64,000 nucleotides of DNA from a virus, in IMG/VR virus record IMGVR_UViG_3300027970_002011, positions 15,585 to 79,584 of that record. One strand, 5' to 3'. Below, piece after piece: positions 12,301-21,876 of this stretch. The notes beneath the pieces are model-generated. The model saw only the letters and a list, made by a program, of their open reading frames with translations. It searched no databases and was not told the origin of the DNA. How positions within the stretch are numbered: the first letter of the stretch is position 1; each line of letters begins with the position of its first letter. The position numbers and the translations under genes are program-made.

Positions 12301-12960
12301 TTGTGCTCCTACGTTACCTTGAGCACCTTGTGGTCCTTGAGCTCCTGTAAGTCCTTGAGCTCCTTGAGCCCCTATATTACCCTGTGCACCCGTTGGTCCT
12401 ACCGCACCCGTTGGTCCAATATTACCGATTGCACCTTGAGCACCTATATTACCCTGTGCACCCGTTGGTCCTACCGCTCCTTGAGCACCTGTATTACCAA
12501 TGTTACCTTGAGCACCTGTATTACCCGTAGCTCCTTGAGCACCTGTATGTCCTGTATTACCTTGAGCACCTTGAGCTCCAACGTTTCCTTGAGCACCCGT
12601 ATCGCCCACCTTACCCTGAGCACCAATATTACCTGTATTACCTTGAGCACCTGTATTACCCGTAGCACCTTGAGCGCCAACAATATTTGTTGTGGGACCT
12701 ACCCATCCTTTAGTACCATTTAAAACTTGGACACCATTGACAGATAGATTATCTGTAACATTAAGATTTCTAACTGTGAATTCAGTATCAGATAATTTGA
12801 ATATTGTGTTAGCACCGACAATCCATTGAAAACTCGTTGTGGCTCCACCTGTTGCAAGCACACGACCAGTCATTGATGCAGTTCCACCATCAAAATAAAA
12901 ATAAGGAACTGTTATACTTGCTCCATCCCCATCGGGATAAATAGTAATATTTTTAGGCAT
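9391..12960 (-). CDS. Collagen-like fibre protein with Cys-rich tip and S74 chaperone (chain A)
   Basis: ~909 aa Gly-X-Y, 76-aa domain with 8 Cys, then SDLRLKNEV...GFVAQQV...PEVV. Confidence 0.9.
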   Translation of the reverse strand: MPKNITIYPDGDGASITVPYFYFDGGTASMTGRVLATGGATTSFQWIVGANTIFKLSDTEFTVRNLNVTDNLSVNGVQVLNGTKGWVGPTTNIVGAQGATGNTGAQGNTGNIGAQGKVGDTGAQGNVGAQGAQGNTGHTGAQGATGNTGAQGNIGNTGAQGAVGPTGAQGNIGAQGAIGNIGPTGAVGPTGAQGNIGAQGAQGLTGAQGPQGAQGNVGAQGNTGAQGAIGNTGAQGAIGAQGKIGNQGAQGDQGAQGKQGSTGNTGAQGSTGNAGAQGNTGAQGPIGPPGATGNTGAQGNTGAQGNKGAQGATGNTGAQGAQGNTGHTGAQGATGNTGAQGAQGNIGHTGAQGATGNTGAQGNIGAQGAVGPTGATGPTGSQGSTGAQGALGPQGNTGPQGAQGPQGAQGNTGAQGATGTTGAFGNEGAQGAVGPQGNTGPQGAQGNIGAQGNLGPTGNTGPTGSQGSTGAQGHTGAQGNTGPQGAQGNTGAQGNLGPTGNTGPTGSQGNTGSQGSIGPQGPKGPQGAQGSTGAQGNVGPQGAVGPQGAQGSTGAQGKVGPQGAVGPQGSQGSTGTQGAIGPQGAIGPQGAKGPQGAQGNTGAQGATGNTGAQGAQGGTGSIGPQGATGPQGSQGSTGAQGPIGPQGATGQTGAFGNEGAQGAVGPQGATGPQGSTGAQGNTGAIGPQGSTGAQGSQGGAGATGNTGAQGATGNTGAQGNVGAQGNIGPTGATGPVGSQGNVGAQGHTGAQGATGGGGSTGAQGATGHSGAQGATGGGGSTGAQGATGHSGSQGATGPQGAQGNTGATGNIGPQGNTGNTGAQGNTGATGNLGPQGSTGAQGSQGGTGSVGAVGPTGGGGATGSQGAQGGKGPTGNTGNLGPQGSTGATGAQGGFGPTGGQGAQGGTGISPGAQGATGGQGAQGPEGLPSQGSQGAQGVAVAGPTGAQGTQGGVGVPGAQGAQGAQGQTGGQGFQGAQGATGITGPQGAQGAQGDTGPPSGPTCYNLGMHELYMDCTLTNQVGSYTVYSSTMNPQCLSNDSVYDRGDCNSCDPFFGGAFMSFGEAQVNPECILMCCDDSSDLRLKNEVITLEGSLTKLMMLQPVEFDWTEDTPEYNYYLENNKTHSLGFVAQQVREHIPEVVKMRDNGFYYILYPQLNAYLVEGIKEHQNNIASVDERLTMLEEYIENY

Positions 12961-12980
12961 CTTTGGATTTTATACTCTCT

Positions 12981-12987
12981 ATAAATA
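12981..12987 (-). promoter_or_regulatory. TATTTAT motif, candidate phage (late) promoter for the fibre operon
   Basis: Same motif on the coding strand just upstream of about 12 gene starts in the window. Confidence 0.55.
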
Positions 12988-13027
12988 CAATGAGTTCTAA
13001 AACAAATCAAGGAAAAAACAATAAAAT

Positions 13028-13051
13028 AAAAAAGGATGGTCACCCATCCTT
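13028..13051 (-). terminator. Intrinsic terminator after glutaredoxin
   Basis: AAGGATGG-4nt-CCATCCTT stem with T run on minus strand. Confidence 0.75.
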
Positions 13052-13054
13052 AAA

Positions 13055-13336
13055 TTATTTTATTAAATGTTTTTTTACTATGTCCAATGCCTCGGTGAGC
13101 TCATTATAATCTCTTTCGGGTGCGTATAAAAATGATTTACGTTTTTCACCACCATCTTTAATTATCATTAAAGCAGGTATGTATTCATTTTCAGTGGCTT
13201 TAATAAATAAATCATACTCTTCCGAATATTTGTCAATATCTCTGTCAACAAACTTAATCTTATTTTCTTTAAGTAAGTCCTTAAACTCCGTGCAGAAAGG
13301 ACATCCCTTCATAGTATAAACAACAACCGTAGTCAT
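13055..13336 (-). CDS. Glutaredoxin-like protein
   Basis: VYTMKGCPFC, later IP motif. Confidence 0.85.
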   Translation of the reverse strand: MTTVVVYTMKGCPFCTEFKDLLKENKIKFVDRDIDKYSEEYDLFIKATENEYIPALMIIKDGGEKRKSFLYAPERDYNELTEALDIVKKHLIK

Positions 13337-13647
13337 TAATACTGTCCCATAAGTTCCATTATCTGTTGTTGTGTCAAAACTCCTGAATTAGTTTTAACTA
13401 CTTCACCATCTTTGAAAATTTTTACTGTGGGTACTGAACGGATTCCCATCTCTGATGTTAATTCACGGTTTGAGTCCACATCATATTTGAACATCTCCAT
13501 TGGGAGTTCTTGACCACTGTCTGCAAGTTTTTGCATGTTACCCATTAATACTTTACATGGTCCACACCAAGTGGCGTACATATCCAAAAAGAAAGTCTCT
13601 TTGTTTGCAATTTTTACTTTAATCTCCTCTGCGGTAAGTTGTTTCAT
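13336..13647 (-). CDS. Thioredoxin
   Basis: YATWCGPCK and IRSVPT. Confidence 0.92.
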   Translation of the reverse strand: MKQLTAEEIKVKIANKETFFLDMYATWCGPCKVLMGNMQKLADSGQELPMEMFKYDVDSNRELTSEMGIRSVPTVKIFKDGEVVKTNSGVLTQQQIMELMGQY

Positions 13648-13651
13648 AATT

Positions 13652-13966
13652 TTAAATATTTGTATTTTTTTTTGTTATTAGACTTTTAATAAAGAAATTT
13701 ACATCTGTTGTTTGTTCAGGATAAAAATAAATATCCATAGTATATGTCGGACCCCCACCTCTTACGTAATGTAATATAAATCCGTTGATGGTCTTGTAAA
13801 TAATCTCACGATATTCCTCTGAAGTGTGAACCTTATCAAAATAAAGACAGGTAATTTTACCATTGTCTGTATTTGGTAAACCACAATTTATACTTCTTAT
13901 CACCGAAAATATTTTATCGGTAGACTCTTCAATTTTTCGTACAACGAAATGGTGTTTTGGAAACAT
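13652..13966 (-). CDS. Hypothetical protein
   Basis: 104-aa ORF in operon spacing. Confidence 0.65.
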   Translation of the reverse strand: MFPKHHFVVRKIEESTDKIFSVIRSINCGLPNTDNGKITCLYFDKVHTSEEYREIIYKTINGFILHYVRGGGPTYTMDIYFYPEQTTDVNFFIKSLITKKNTNI

Positions 13967-14002
13967 ACTGTTAAATTTAAATTAAAAAATTAAATGAAAA
14001 AC

Positions 14003-14281
14003 TTAGTTTAGGAAAATATTTCCGAATTTTGTTTCAAGTATGAATGACTCAATTTTTGATTTCTTTTTAGAACCACCATTAATCATTACACAAATGTCAA
14101 TAAGTTGTTTTTGAGTAAGAGATATTTCTCTACCATCTTCAACGTTAGAATCTGCAACCTCCCTGACCTTTTCATAAAAATCATCTTTTAGATTTAAAGG
14201 TATGAGATTTGCCAAATCATCAGGGTTCTGATTAAAGAACCTTTTAAATTCAGATAAATAGATTTGAACATCTACGTTCAT
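14003..14281 (-). CDS. Hypothetical protein
   Basis: 92-aa ORF. Confidence 0.7.
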   Translation of the reverse strand: MNVDVQIYLSEFKRFFNQNPDDLANLIPLNLKDDFYEKVREVADSNVEDGREISLTQKQLIDICVMINGGSKKKSKIESFILETKFGNIFLN

Positions 14282-14298
14282 AATACAAAAATCAAATA

Positions 14299-15630
14299 TT
14301 AGACTTCATCATCTTGTGAGAACTTATCCCACATACCTGTTTCCATTTCAGACCAACCATTCGCCTCTAATGACTTTGGTGCAGATACTCCTGTGTCCTT
14401 AAAGTTAATGAATTCCAAGTTTTCCATGGTTCCTAAACATTCAGGTAGACTTGTTAGTTGAGGATTACTCATAACACCTAAAATATTCAAGTTGTTCAAC
14501 TGACAAATGTAATCAGGTACATTATTAATACAATTTACCAACACCAAGTGTTTAAGATTTTTGAACCTTGTAATTGAAGGTGGGATAGTGATAATAGTAC
14601 CAGCGTTGTCTTTATTCTTAATTTTGATTTGTTCTAATGTATCAGGTAATGAATTAAACAATTCTTCCAATCCATAAAGACCTACAAACTTACCAACAGA
14701 ACCTGAACCAAATCCATCAATCTTCAAATCTTTACCAGAACCTGCCGTCAAACCTTTTGCAAATTCAGGTTTGAAGTATTGCTTAAGTTCTGCCATAGGA
14801 CCGTTTAATAAGTCCACCAAATTAACACTTCTATCATCTTTATCCATAAACTGATTAGAAGGGAAGTGAAATTGGTATCTTTCAATTGGTAATCCTGTTT
14901 GTGCAGATATCTTAGGGTCATTTGGATTGTACACAACATATAAAGGTCCGTCCTTGATGTAATTGTTAAACCAACTTAAACCAGGTGCAGAAGTACACCA
15001 TCTCGTCTCTTGTTGATTACCACCATAGAAACATGCAGCTTCTTTACCTCTTTCACCCTTATCTTCAATTTTTACAACTTTCCATGTTTCACCATCATAA
15101 CTTGAGTCAGCACCAGGGTGAACAGGAAGACTCTTTCTTTCAGCCTTTGTTGTTACCGCCAAAGTTAAATCAAAGTCCTTAATCGCATCATATAATGCAT
15201 CCACACTCAATTTATTAATATCTCTTTGTTCAACAGGAACTCTACCCTTAAATCTGTGAAACTTTTTCAAGTCATCAGTAACCTTATAAAGGTCTTCCAT
15301 GAAACGGTCTTTCATGACCTTTACTTCCTGGTCAAAACCATAATCACCAAATGCACGTTCTGTTGTAGGATTTAAATATTGTTTGATTAACCACGGTGTG
15401 TATTCACCAACTTTAACCTTTTCCAATTCTTCTTTAGTTGCATTGTCTAAATTAACATTATTCAATCTTGATGTAGGGTCGGCATTGATAAGTTTGTAAA
15501 GCTCATCTTTTTTCATTTTTGGAGCAATAACGTTCTCACCCTTTTTATTAGGTTTTACATACTTGTTCATCAAGATTTCAAATCTTGACTGTTCTAAAAT
15601 TATTTGTTTTAATACTGACGTGAATTTCAT
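14299..15630 (-). CDS. YG...TxWCT-motif phage protein with C-terminal leucine-rich repeats
   Basis: AACFYGG...TRWCTSA...GPLY; LRRs such as IPPSITRFKNLKHLVL and LPECLGTMENLEFIN. Confidence 0.75.
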   Translation of the reverse strand: MKFTSVLKQIILEQSRFEILMNKYVKPNKKGENVIAPKMKKDELYKLINADPTSRLNNVNLDNATKEELEKVKVGEYTPWLIKQYLNPTTERAFGDYGFDQEVKVMKDRFMEDLYKVTDDLKKFHRFKGRVPVEQRDINKLSVDALYDAIKDFDLTLAVTTKAERKSLPVHPGADSSYDGETWKVVKIEDKGERGKEAACFYGGNQQETRWCTSAPGLSWFNNYIKDGPLYVVYNPNDPKISAQTGLPIERYQFHFPSNQFMDKDDRSVNLVDLLNGPMAELKQYFKPEFAKGLTAGSGKDLKIDGFGSGSVGKFVGLYGLEELFNSLPDTLEQIKIKNKDNAGTIITIPPSITRFKNLKHLVLVNCINNVPDYICQLNNLNILGVMSNPQLTSLPECLGTMENLEFINFKDTGVSAPKSLEANGWSEMETGMWDKFSQDDEV

Positions 15631-15673
15631 CGTTATTATGTTTAATAATAAATATACAACCTTACAAGAAATA

Positions 15674-16522
15674 TTAATAATTCATTATTAATAACTCTTC
15701 TCCCATATTTTGTGTTTTACCTTTTTTTGCCGCTGCCGCTTTGGCAAACTCTTTTTTTACCCAACGATATTGGTTTTCAGGAAACCAATCGTGTAATAAT
15801 TCAAAGTCATAGTAAGACAACGAGAACTTACCTTGAACTTTTTGGAGAACATTTGCCAATCTTTCGTGGTCTTTCCTATCAAAGTCATGATTAGAATAAT
15901 ATGAACCTTCGCCAACAATATAATATGGTGGGTCTGTGTAAAAATATGTTTCGGGTGAATCATATTTTTCAATAACAGTTTGAAAATCCATATTTTCAAT
16001 ATGGGTTATTTTCAAAAAATGTTCAATCCAAATTGGTTTACTTAATTTATTTTTGAAAGAAGTGAATTTTGAATGGTATTTACCTTTTAAATCAATAAAT
16101 TTTGATTTTTCAGGATTTGCACCTGAAAATACTTGAGATATTACATAAGCATATTTAGCAGCAACCTCATAATCAAATTGTTTTATAATAAAATTTTTAG
16201 CAAATATTTCGATTTGAAAACTTACAAATTGTTGTTCGCAAATAGAATTAGTTGGTGTTACACCTTTTTTTTGGACTTCTATTTTTTCACATTCTTTTAA
16301 TAATTTATCAGGATTACTTAAACACTGAAATAAATTGTAATTAAGAGGATTAAAGTCATTATAAACAACTTTCTTTAAATTAGGGTATTCTTTTAATTCC
16401 ATATTAAAAAATACCCAAAACATACCTGAAAAAGGTTCAACATATGTTTCAATGTCTTTAGGAATAAATGGTACAATCCATTTACCTATTTTAGATTTTC
16501 CACCAATATATGATAATGCCAT
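15674..16522 (-). CDS. DNA adenine methyltransferase (D12/Dam-like class)
   Basis: YIGGKS, YVEPFSG, YNDFN, DPPY. Confidence 0.9.
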   Translation of the reverse strand: MALSYIGGKSKIGKWIVPFIPKDIETYVEPFSGMFWVFFNMELKEYPNLKKVVYNDFNPLNYNLFQCLSNPDKLLKECEKIEVQKKGVTPTNSICEQQFVSFQIEIFAKNFIIKQFDYEVAAKYAYVISQVFSGANPEKSKFIDLKGKYHSKFTSFKNKLSKPIWIEHFLKITHIENMDFQTVIEKYDSPETYFYTDPPYYIVGEGSYYSNHDFDRKDHERLANVLQKVQGKFSLSYYDFELLHDWFPENQYRWVKKEFAKAAAAKKGKTQNMGEELLIMNY

Positions 16523-16523
16523 T

Positions 16524-17135
16524 TTATATTATTTGTTTGAATTTTATAAATTTTCTTTCTAAGAAGGTCACCGCGTTTGAGTAAATATAATCTCTAAATT
16601 TCATAATATCCATAATTTTACTAATTTTTACGATAGAATAATTTTCATATTTATACGATTTACCATATCCAAAAAAATTAACTATATCATCATTGAAATT
16701 ATTATTTGAACATATACTAACAGAAAATGAATTAGTTCTGTTTTTTACTTTGTGAATACTTCCATCTCCGTCAAAATATCCCCTAATAAAATGAGACATG
16801 TGTGGCTCATCTAATTTTGGTAACAATATTTTTTGAGTTTTATTATTAACACATCCTAACTCAAATAGTTTATTAACTAATAAATTTGAATATAACGTAA
16901 CCATACAATATTCAGATTTACCGTCAACACCACATTTTATTGGTTTTTCACATTCTATGTCTTTAAGAAATTTTTCAATGTGGTTTTTATCAGTATTTTT
17001 TAGTTTTAATTTTATCTCACCACTTTTACCATCTTTCATTCTTACGTAACCATCGGCATATAAAAACCCCAACCAATACGCCGATTTTTCATTTAAATCA
17101 TGAAAAAAACACTCATTAAAATTATATTTTCTCAT
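16524..17135 (-). CDS. LAGLIDADG homing endonuclease (two motifs)
   Basis: AYWLGFLYADG and HFIRGYFDGDG. Confidence 0.88.
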   Translation of the reverse strand: MRKYNFNECFFHDLNEKSAYWLGFLYADGYVRMKDGKSGEIKLKLKNTDKNHIEKFLKDIECEKPIKCGVDGKSEYCMVTLYSNLLVNKLFELGCVNNKTQKILLPKLDEPHMSHFIRGYFDGDGSIHKVKNRTNSFSVSICSNNNFNDDIVNFFGYGKSYKYENYSIVKISKIMDIMKFRDYIYSNAVTFLERKFIKFKQII

Positions 17136-17280
17136 AATATTCTTTAACTAAGTTTTGAATGAATTTAGATATACTAACTTTTTCGTTTTTTAATTTGTCA
17201 AAAAGATGTTTATCAATACTAATTCCGTATTTTACTTTTTTATCTTTATCTTCTTTATTAGGTCTTCCAATTTTTGTCAT
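17122..17280 (-). CDS. 52-aa ribbon-helix-helix-like DNA-binding protein
   Basis: Below track cutoff: MTKIGRPNKEDKDKKVKYGISIDKHLFDKLKNEKVSISKFIQNLVKEYYEKI*; overlaps the LAGLIDADG start. Confidence 0.7.
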   Translation of the reverse strand: MTKIGRPNKEDKDKKVKYGISIDKHLFDKLKNEKVSISKFIQNLVKEYYEKI

Positions 17281-17460
17281 ATAGTATAAATATTACAAAA
17301 TATAATAAAAGTGCGTCAAAAATCAAATTTATCTAACAAAAAACCAAAAGCAAGTTTCCAATGTTAAATTTTTCATCTGACTTGTATTATGTGTAGTAAA
17401 TGTTATATTTATGTTAAGAGAGTGTTAACACTTTTCATAAACCAATAAATCTATAAACAC

Positions 17461-17691
17461 ATGAAAAAAATATTTTTGGTTATGATGATGGGATTAATGA
17501 TATTACCATCATTCGCTCAAGGCGGAAAAGGAAAGAAGAAACACAAAAGACAACACAATACAGAAGTGATGTCTCCAGTGCGACCAATTCACAGAGAACG
17601 TTGGGTTGAACGAAACGGTGATTTTTACGTAATTGTATCAAGAACCACTATTACTGAGGAGGATTATAGAAGAATCCAAAACAATAAGTAA
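17461..17691 (+). CDS. Small exported protein
   Basis: Sec signal MKKIFLVMMMGLMILPSFA followed by Gln. Confidence 0.7.
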   Translation: MKKIFLVMMMGLMILPSFAQGGKGKKKHKRQHNTEVMSPVRPIHRERWVERNGDFYVIVSRTTITEEDYRRIQNNK

Positions 17692-18579
17692 TTAGTCATA
17701 ACAGTTCTTATAAGGTCTACAAGAGGCTTTTTGACTGAACCCCATGTCCCCACATGGGGTTTTTTCACAATATGACTTACCATACTTTCTTGGTTTCTTG
17801 AACTTACTGTCTTCTTTAAGTTCATTGCCAGTCTTATAATTTTTAATATCCGTAGAAATTTCAATTACGGTTGAATACAACATCTTAAGAAATTCCCCCC
17901 ACATTTTAGGGTTGTTTGTCTTGATGAGCATTAAAACTTGAATTACGTGTGGTAACTCTTCATCTAAGGATTCTGATGAAATATCTAACAGAACATTTTT
18001 AGCAATCTCATCAGCCTCACCTTTAGCTGCAAAATATTTCACCAAGGATTTTAAACTGTTGAGTAACTCTTGTTTTGTTTTAACACCTAAAAGACTTTTA
18101 TACTCATTGACAATCCCCTCTAAGATTTCATTACTGTACGCTCTAAATTCAAAATCATGCCCCCAATATTCATCACTACCAGCACTTTTATATTTTTCTA
18201 TTTGTTTAGGACTTAAATAAAGAGTCGTGTTCAAATCATTAACGTGTTGAATTTCGTGATAGATTACATTGTATAGGGACTTCTTATTTGGTATTAAAAC
18301 TTTATCAGGATTGACAACCATAAAAAGGTTATCTAAAGAACGTGGTTTGGTTGGGTCGTGTTGAAAAACTGCCCCCTGTTCACTAAAGTCACTTAAATAA
18401 TAAACTGGTATATCAAACTCAGCACCCGATGGGTCATTGACATAAATTGTACCTTTCAACGGATTTTCATCATCCAAGTCTTCATAGTCTTTCCAAATAA
18501 CATCAATAACATTTTTGATGTCGGATATGGTTCTTTGATTTAACTTAACTCTTTTGGAACCCTCGTTGATTGTTTTCAT
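17692..18579 (-). CDS. Putative zincin metallopeptidase-like protein
   Basis: HEIQH plus downstream EFRAY; 4-Cys C-terminal tail. Confidence 0.6.
   Translation of the reverse strand: MKTINEGSKRVKLNQRTISDIKNVIDVIWKDYEDLDDENPLKGTIYVNDPSGAEFDIPVYYLSDFSEQGAVFQHDPTKPRSLDNLFMVVNPDKVLIPNKKSLYNVIYHEIQHVNDLNTTLYLSPKQIEKYKSAGSDEYWGHDFEFRAYSNEILEGIVNEYKSLLGVKTKQELLNSLKSLVKYFAAKGEADEIAKNVLLDISSESLDEELPHVIQVLMLIKTNNPKMWGEFLKMLYSTVIEISTDIKNYKTGNELKEDSKFKKPRKYGKSYCEKTPCGDMGFSQKASCRPYKNCYD
17738..17765 (+). terminator. Intrinsic terminator embedded in the 3' end of the convergent gene
   Basis: AACCCCATGT-CCCC-ACATGGGGTT then T run. Confidence 0.6.
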
Positions 18580-18595
18580 ACAATCATAAATACCA

Positions 18596-19522
18596 TCAAT
18601 TAGAATTCAAATCAGATTTGTTGAACTTAACTCTCAATTTGACATACATATCCCCTGTTGGGTAACCTTTACCTTTAAGTCTTAAAGGTTTGTTTGTATC
18701 AAATTCATTTGGTGACGGAATTTTAATATCACCATCAGGGTGTGGGATATGATATACATCATTTTTAAGTTCATCATAATTGAACTCTAAATTATAAATC
18801 AAATCATTACCCATCTTTTGAAACTCTTTTGTGTTGTCCATAACAACCTGAATTATCAAATCACCATAGAAACCATATGAGAAATCACCCTTTTGAGAAA
18901 TACGTAGGAACTGACCGTCATCAACATTCTTTGGGATGGTAATTTTAATGGTTTCAAATTTTGGTTTGGTACCAACACCACTACATGAATTACAATATTT
19001 TGTTAGGATTGAACCTGTCGTACCACAGTGTCCACATCCACGTCTAACAACTTGTTGTAAGAATCCTGAACCCATAACTTGAGTAGTGAATCCTTGACCT
19101 TGACAGTGATGACACGTGACTCTATCACCACCACTACCCCTACAATCACCACACGGATGGTTTCGTTGGAAGTTTAAGTCTTTCTCCACACCCTTATACG
19201 AATCTATCGGTGTGAGGTTTAGTTTGACAATCTTATCGGCATTTTTTCTTGGACTTTGTGGTCTTTGACCCCCACTAAACATGTTTTTAAAGAAATCCTC
19301 AAATTCAGTTCCATTAAATGGGTTGTTTTTCTGGCTTAAGTAGTTATTCTTTTTAGTAGGGTCTGAAAGAACGTCGTAGGCTTCGGCTATTTCACGAAAT
19401 TTTTCACCACCCTCAGGATTAACATCAGGATGGTATTGTTTAGACAATTTTCTATAAGCACGTTTAAGTTCTTCATCAGTGGCATTGTCCTGCACACCTA
19501 ATATTTCATAGTAATCTTTCAT
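18596..19522 (-). CDS. dnaJ: DnaJ co-chaperone
   Basis: J-domain with HPD, four CxxCxGxG repeats, C-terminal domain. Confidence 0.93.
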   Translation of the reverse strand: MKDYYEILGVQDNATDEELKRAYRKLSKQYHPDVNPEGGEKFREIAEAYDVLSDPTKKNNYLSQKNNPFNGTEFEDFFKNMFSGGQRPQSPRKNADKIVKLNLTPIDSYKGVEKDLNFQRNHPCGDCRGSGGDRVTCHHCQGQGFTTQVMGSGFLQQVVRRGCGHCGTTGSILTKYCNSCSGVGTKPKFETIKITIPKNVDDGQFLRISQKGDFSYGFYGDLIIQVVMDNTKEFQKMGNDLIYNLEFNYDELKNDVYHIPHPDGDIKIPSPNEFDTNKPLRLKGKGYPTGDMYVKLRVKFNKSDLNSN

Positions 19523-20168
19523 GTTAGTAAATCCAAAGTATCAAATAGTTCTTTTCAAAGATAAGGTTAAGAAAAAGATAATAAAGAAGTTTAACAATTT
19601 CAAAAATTGTGAAAACTTTTTTAATTTATTATTGGAAGAATCTGACAAAGTTATCTTCCCAAAACAAATTGAGGGTACTGTAGAATGTAAATTTGAATTG
19701 GGTATACTCCAAGATGGTTATAAGTCTGATATTCCACAATACACCACCGATGAATTTGGTAGGAATGTCAAAATACAATTGATTGATAATAAATGGGGAC
19801 TAATTAAGGTATCCATATACAATCAAGAAGAAAAGATTTACGATATCAAAAACAAAAAGAAGGTCACAGTATCACAATTAATTTCAAAACATTTAAGGGG
19901 TGACGGTCTAAAGATGATTAACTCACTACACAATAAAATCATCATACAAAAAGATGATGATTTTTCAGTATTTACAACTAAGTCACCATCTGAGACATCA
20001 AGATTACTTGATTGTCTTACCGAACACTTTATAAAATCACAAAAGAAAGACTGTCTTATTGTAAAAGACACATCAACGGCTCAGAAAAAATATTTAATAG
20101 ATTTTTTAAATAGTAATGGGTTTGATAAAAAACTACTTTACAGACAATACACTACTTTTCCTCGGTAG
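19521..20168 (+). CDS. Hypothetical protein
   Basis: 215-aa ORF divergent from dnaJ. Confidence 0.7.
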   Translation: MLVNPKYQIVLFKDKVKKKIIKKFNNFKNCENFFNLLLEESDKVIFPKQIEGTVECKFELGILQDGYKSDIPQYTTDEFGRNVKIQLIDNKWGLIKVSIYNQEEKIYDIKNKKKVTVSQLISKHLRGDGLKMINSLHNKIIIQKDDDFSVFTTKSPSETSRLLDCLTEHFIKSQKKDCLIVKDTSTAQKKYLIDFLNSNGFDKKLLYRQYTTFPR

Positions 20169-20427
20169 GCTCCTCAAGAGTTTCTTTGGGAGTTTCCTCA
20201 ACCTCTTTTTTCAACATGAAGTAAAATTCAACACCTGAGATATCAATCAAGAACTGTTTGTGATGTCTATCAATCTCCCTGAAATGACCTAAGATTTTGT
20301 CGTATTCGGGTTTATCTAATTCAAAAACCATCATCCTATCATAATTTGGAAATAGGTCATTGATTGCGTCAGATAACAACGCTAATTTTTCTAATTCCCC
20401 CAAAGGAGCTTCTGTATTCTGTTCCAT
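20152..20427 (-). CDS. Hypothetical protein
   Basis: 91-aa ORF. Confidence 0.7.
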   Translation of the reverse strand: MEQNTEAPLGELEKLALLSDAINDLFPNYDRMMVFELDKPEYDKILGHFREIDRHHKQFLIDISGVEFYFMLKKEVEETPKETLEEPTEEK

Positions 20428-20573
20428 ATTGAATTTTTCGGTTTTTGAAATAAATCAGTTTTTTTCATTTGAATGAGTTGTTGAGTAAATCTTTCCTTTT
20501 CCCTCATCAACTCAGCTTGGTCTTTTTGTTTTTCCTTATTCAGCCAGTCCAATAGTTTCTCCTTGTGGTTCAT
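20391..20573 (-). CDS. Small hypothetical protein
   Basis: ATG at 20573 (MNHKEKLLDWL...). Confidence 0.6.
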   Translation of the reverse strand: MNHKEKLLDWLNKEKQKDQAELMREKERFTQQLIQMKKTDLFQKPKNSIWNRIQKLLWGN

Positions 20574-20964
20574 CTGTCTCAACATTTAAATTTGCGGTTT
20601 CATCAAATCCAATTGAAAGATTTTGTAAATGTTTCAAATCAGTTTTTTCAAAAGTCTTTTTCAACTCTGCGACTACATTATGAAATAGTCTCTCTTTCTC
20701 TTCTCTTTCTCGGTTCAACTTAATTACCTTGAGAATCATTTCAACGTTTTTCTGAACAGTCTTTTCATCAAACTCACAAACAAAACTCATTCCTCTCCAA
20801 CCTTCTTCTTTATAATCAAAAGGAACTACTTGAAATTCTGTTGTAGTACTCTTTGGCATTGACCAGTTAGCTGGGAATTTAACATCTAGACTCATATGAG
20901 TCTCAAGTCGTCTTATTGCAACGAAAAAATTTTCAAACTGATTTAATACTGTATAAAGTGTCAT
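20536..20964 (-). CDS. Hypothetical protein
   Basis: 142-aa ORF. Confidence 0.72.
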   Translation of the reverse strand: MTLYTVLNQFENFFVAIRRLETHMSLDVKFPANWSMPKSTTTEFQVVPFDYKEEGWRGMSFVCEFDEKTVQKNVEMILKVIKLNREREEKERLFHNVVAELKKTFEKTDLKHLQNLSIGFDETANLNVETDEPQGETIGLAE

Positions 20965-21140
20965 GTCCTAATAATATAAGTGATAATATAACTCAAGGAA
21001 AGTCCAAAAAACAAAAGGTCCCTACTGGAGAAATCAATTTCTTTCCCCAATAGGATACCCATGAGCTTAATGAAATTTTTGAATAGGACAAACAATGAAA
21101 AAATAAAAATAAATAAGAACAGTGTGTCCGTATTAAACAT
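20961..21140 (-). CDS. 59-aa membrane protein with two hydrophobic segments
   Basis: Below track cutoff: MFNTDTLFLFIFIFSLFVLF...LLFFGLSLSYIITYIIRT*; ATGA overlap with next gene. Confidence 0.7.
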   Translation of the reverse strand: MFNTDTLFLFIFIFSLFVLFKNFIKLMGILLGKEIDFSSRDLLFFGLSLSYIITYIIRT

Positions 21141-21141
21141 A

Positions 21142-21315
21142 TTAGTCTTTTTTTGAATGTTCCAAAATTTCAGCTCTTAATTGTTGTAGTAAACTCTTAA
21201 GTTCTTGAGCAGATTTACGAGCTCTTGTACCAGCGCTCTTGTTACCTTTGTAGAACTTTTCTGAATCAACAGATAGAGTTTCACAAGCTTCCTTAATTTT
21301 TTGTAATGTTTCCAT
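21142..21315 (-). CDS. Histone H1-like protein, Hc1 family
   Basis: Below track cutoff: METLQKIKEACETLSVDSEKFYKGNKSAGTRARKSAQELK...; GNKxAGTRARK signature. Confidence 0.88.
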   Translation of the reverse strand: METLQKIKEACETLSVDSEKFYKGNKSAGTRARKSAQELKSLLQQLRAEILEHSKKD

Positions 21316-21363
21316 AAATTATTTTAAATTAAAAATAGTGGATTATGTTCTCTCGTCAATAGA

Positions 21364-21831
21364 TTAACCAATATGAATTACTTTATTTTGTAATGTTTTG
21401 TATAATTCGGTTAAAATATCTAAATCAGATTTTGCGAACGGTTTATTTAAATCAAACAACTCCTCAATAAATTCAGGAATTGCTTCCCGATAATTACCTT
21501 GAGATTGTGAGTAAAAACTATCGTGAAAGAAATTCCACAAATATTCTTTGTGCTCACCATCAGAGTCAATCAATATGTTTTCTTTTTCATAATCTTTTAT
21601 CATTTTACTCCAACACCAATCAAAATGGTTCTTCTTATCGTGGTTGGATAATACTACTTTAGTTTCGTGACTTTCCTCACCAAAATATGTATCAATTATT
21701 AAAATCGCTAAAGAGTTGAAGATATCGCCGAAAAGTTCAACTCTTTCCGGGATGATGTTATGCACGCTGAACCATATATCAACTTCACTAAACGGAAGTG
21801 ACTTGGACATCCAATTATAAAAATTCTCCAT
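21364..21831 (-). CDS. Hypothetical protein
   Basis: 155-aa ORF. Confidence 0.72.
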   Translation of the reverse strand: MENFYNWMSKSLPFSEVDIWFSVHNIIPERVELFGDIFNSLAILIIDTYFGEESHETKVVLSNHDKKNHFDWCWSKMIKDYEKENILIDSDGEHKEYLWNFFHDSFYSQSQGNYREAIPEFIEELFDLNKPFAKSDLDILTELYKTLQNKVIHIG

Positions 21832-21851
21832 AGGGTCTCTATGGAGAATTT
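21821..21851 (-). terminator. 13-bp perfect hairpin containing the start codon of 21364..21831; probable terminator
   Basis: AAATTCTCCATAG-GGTCT-CTATGGAGAATTT, T run follows on minus strand. Confidence 0.6.
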
Positions 21852-21876
21852 AATATAAAATTAAAATTATTAAAGA

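Noticed and set aside
2937-12723. Many long alternative-frame and antisense ORFs (VLKVHK, LEHL, STLS types)
   Set aside because: Shadows of the Gly-X-Y codon repeats, which lack stops in other frames; they end where the repeats end
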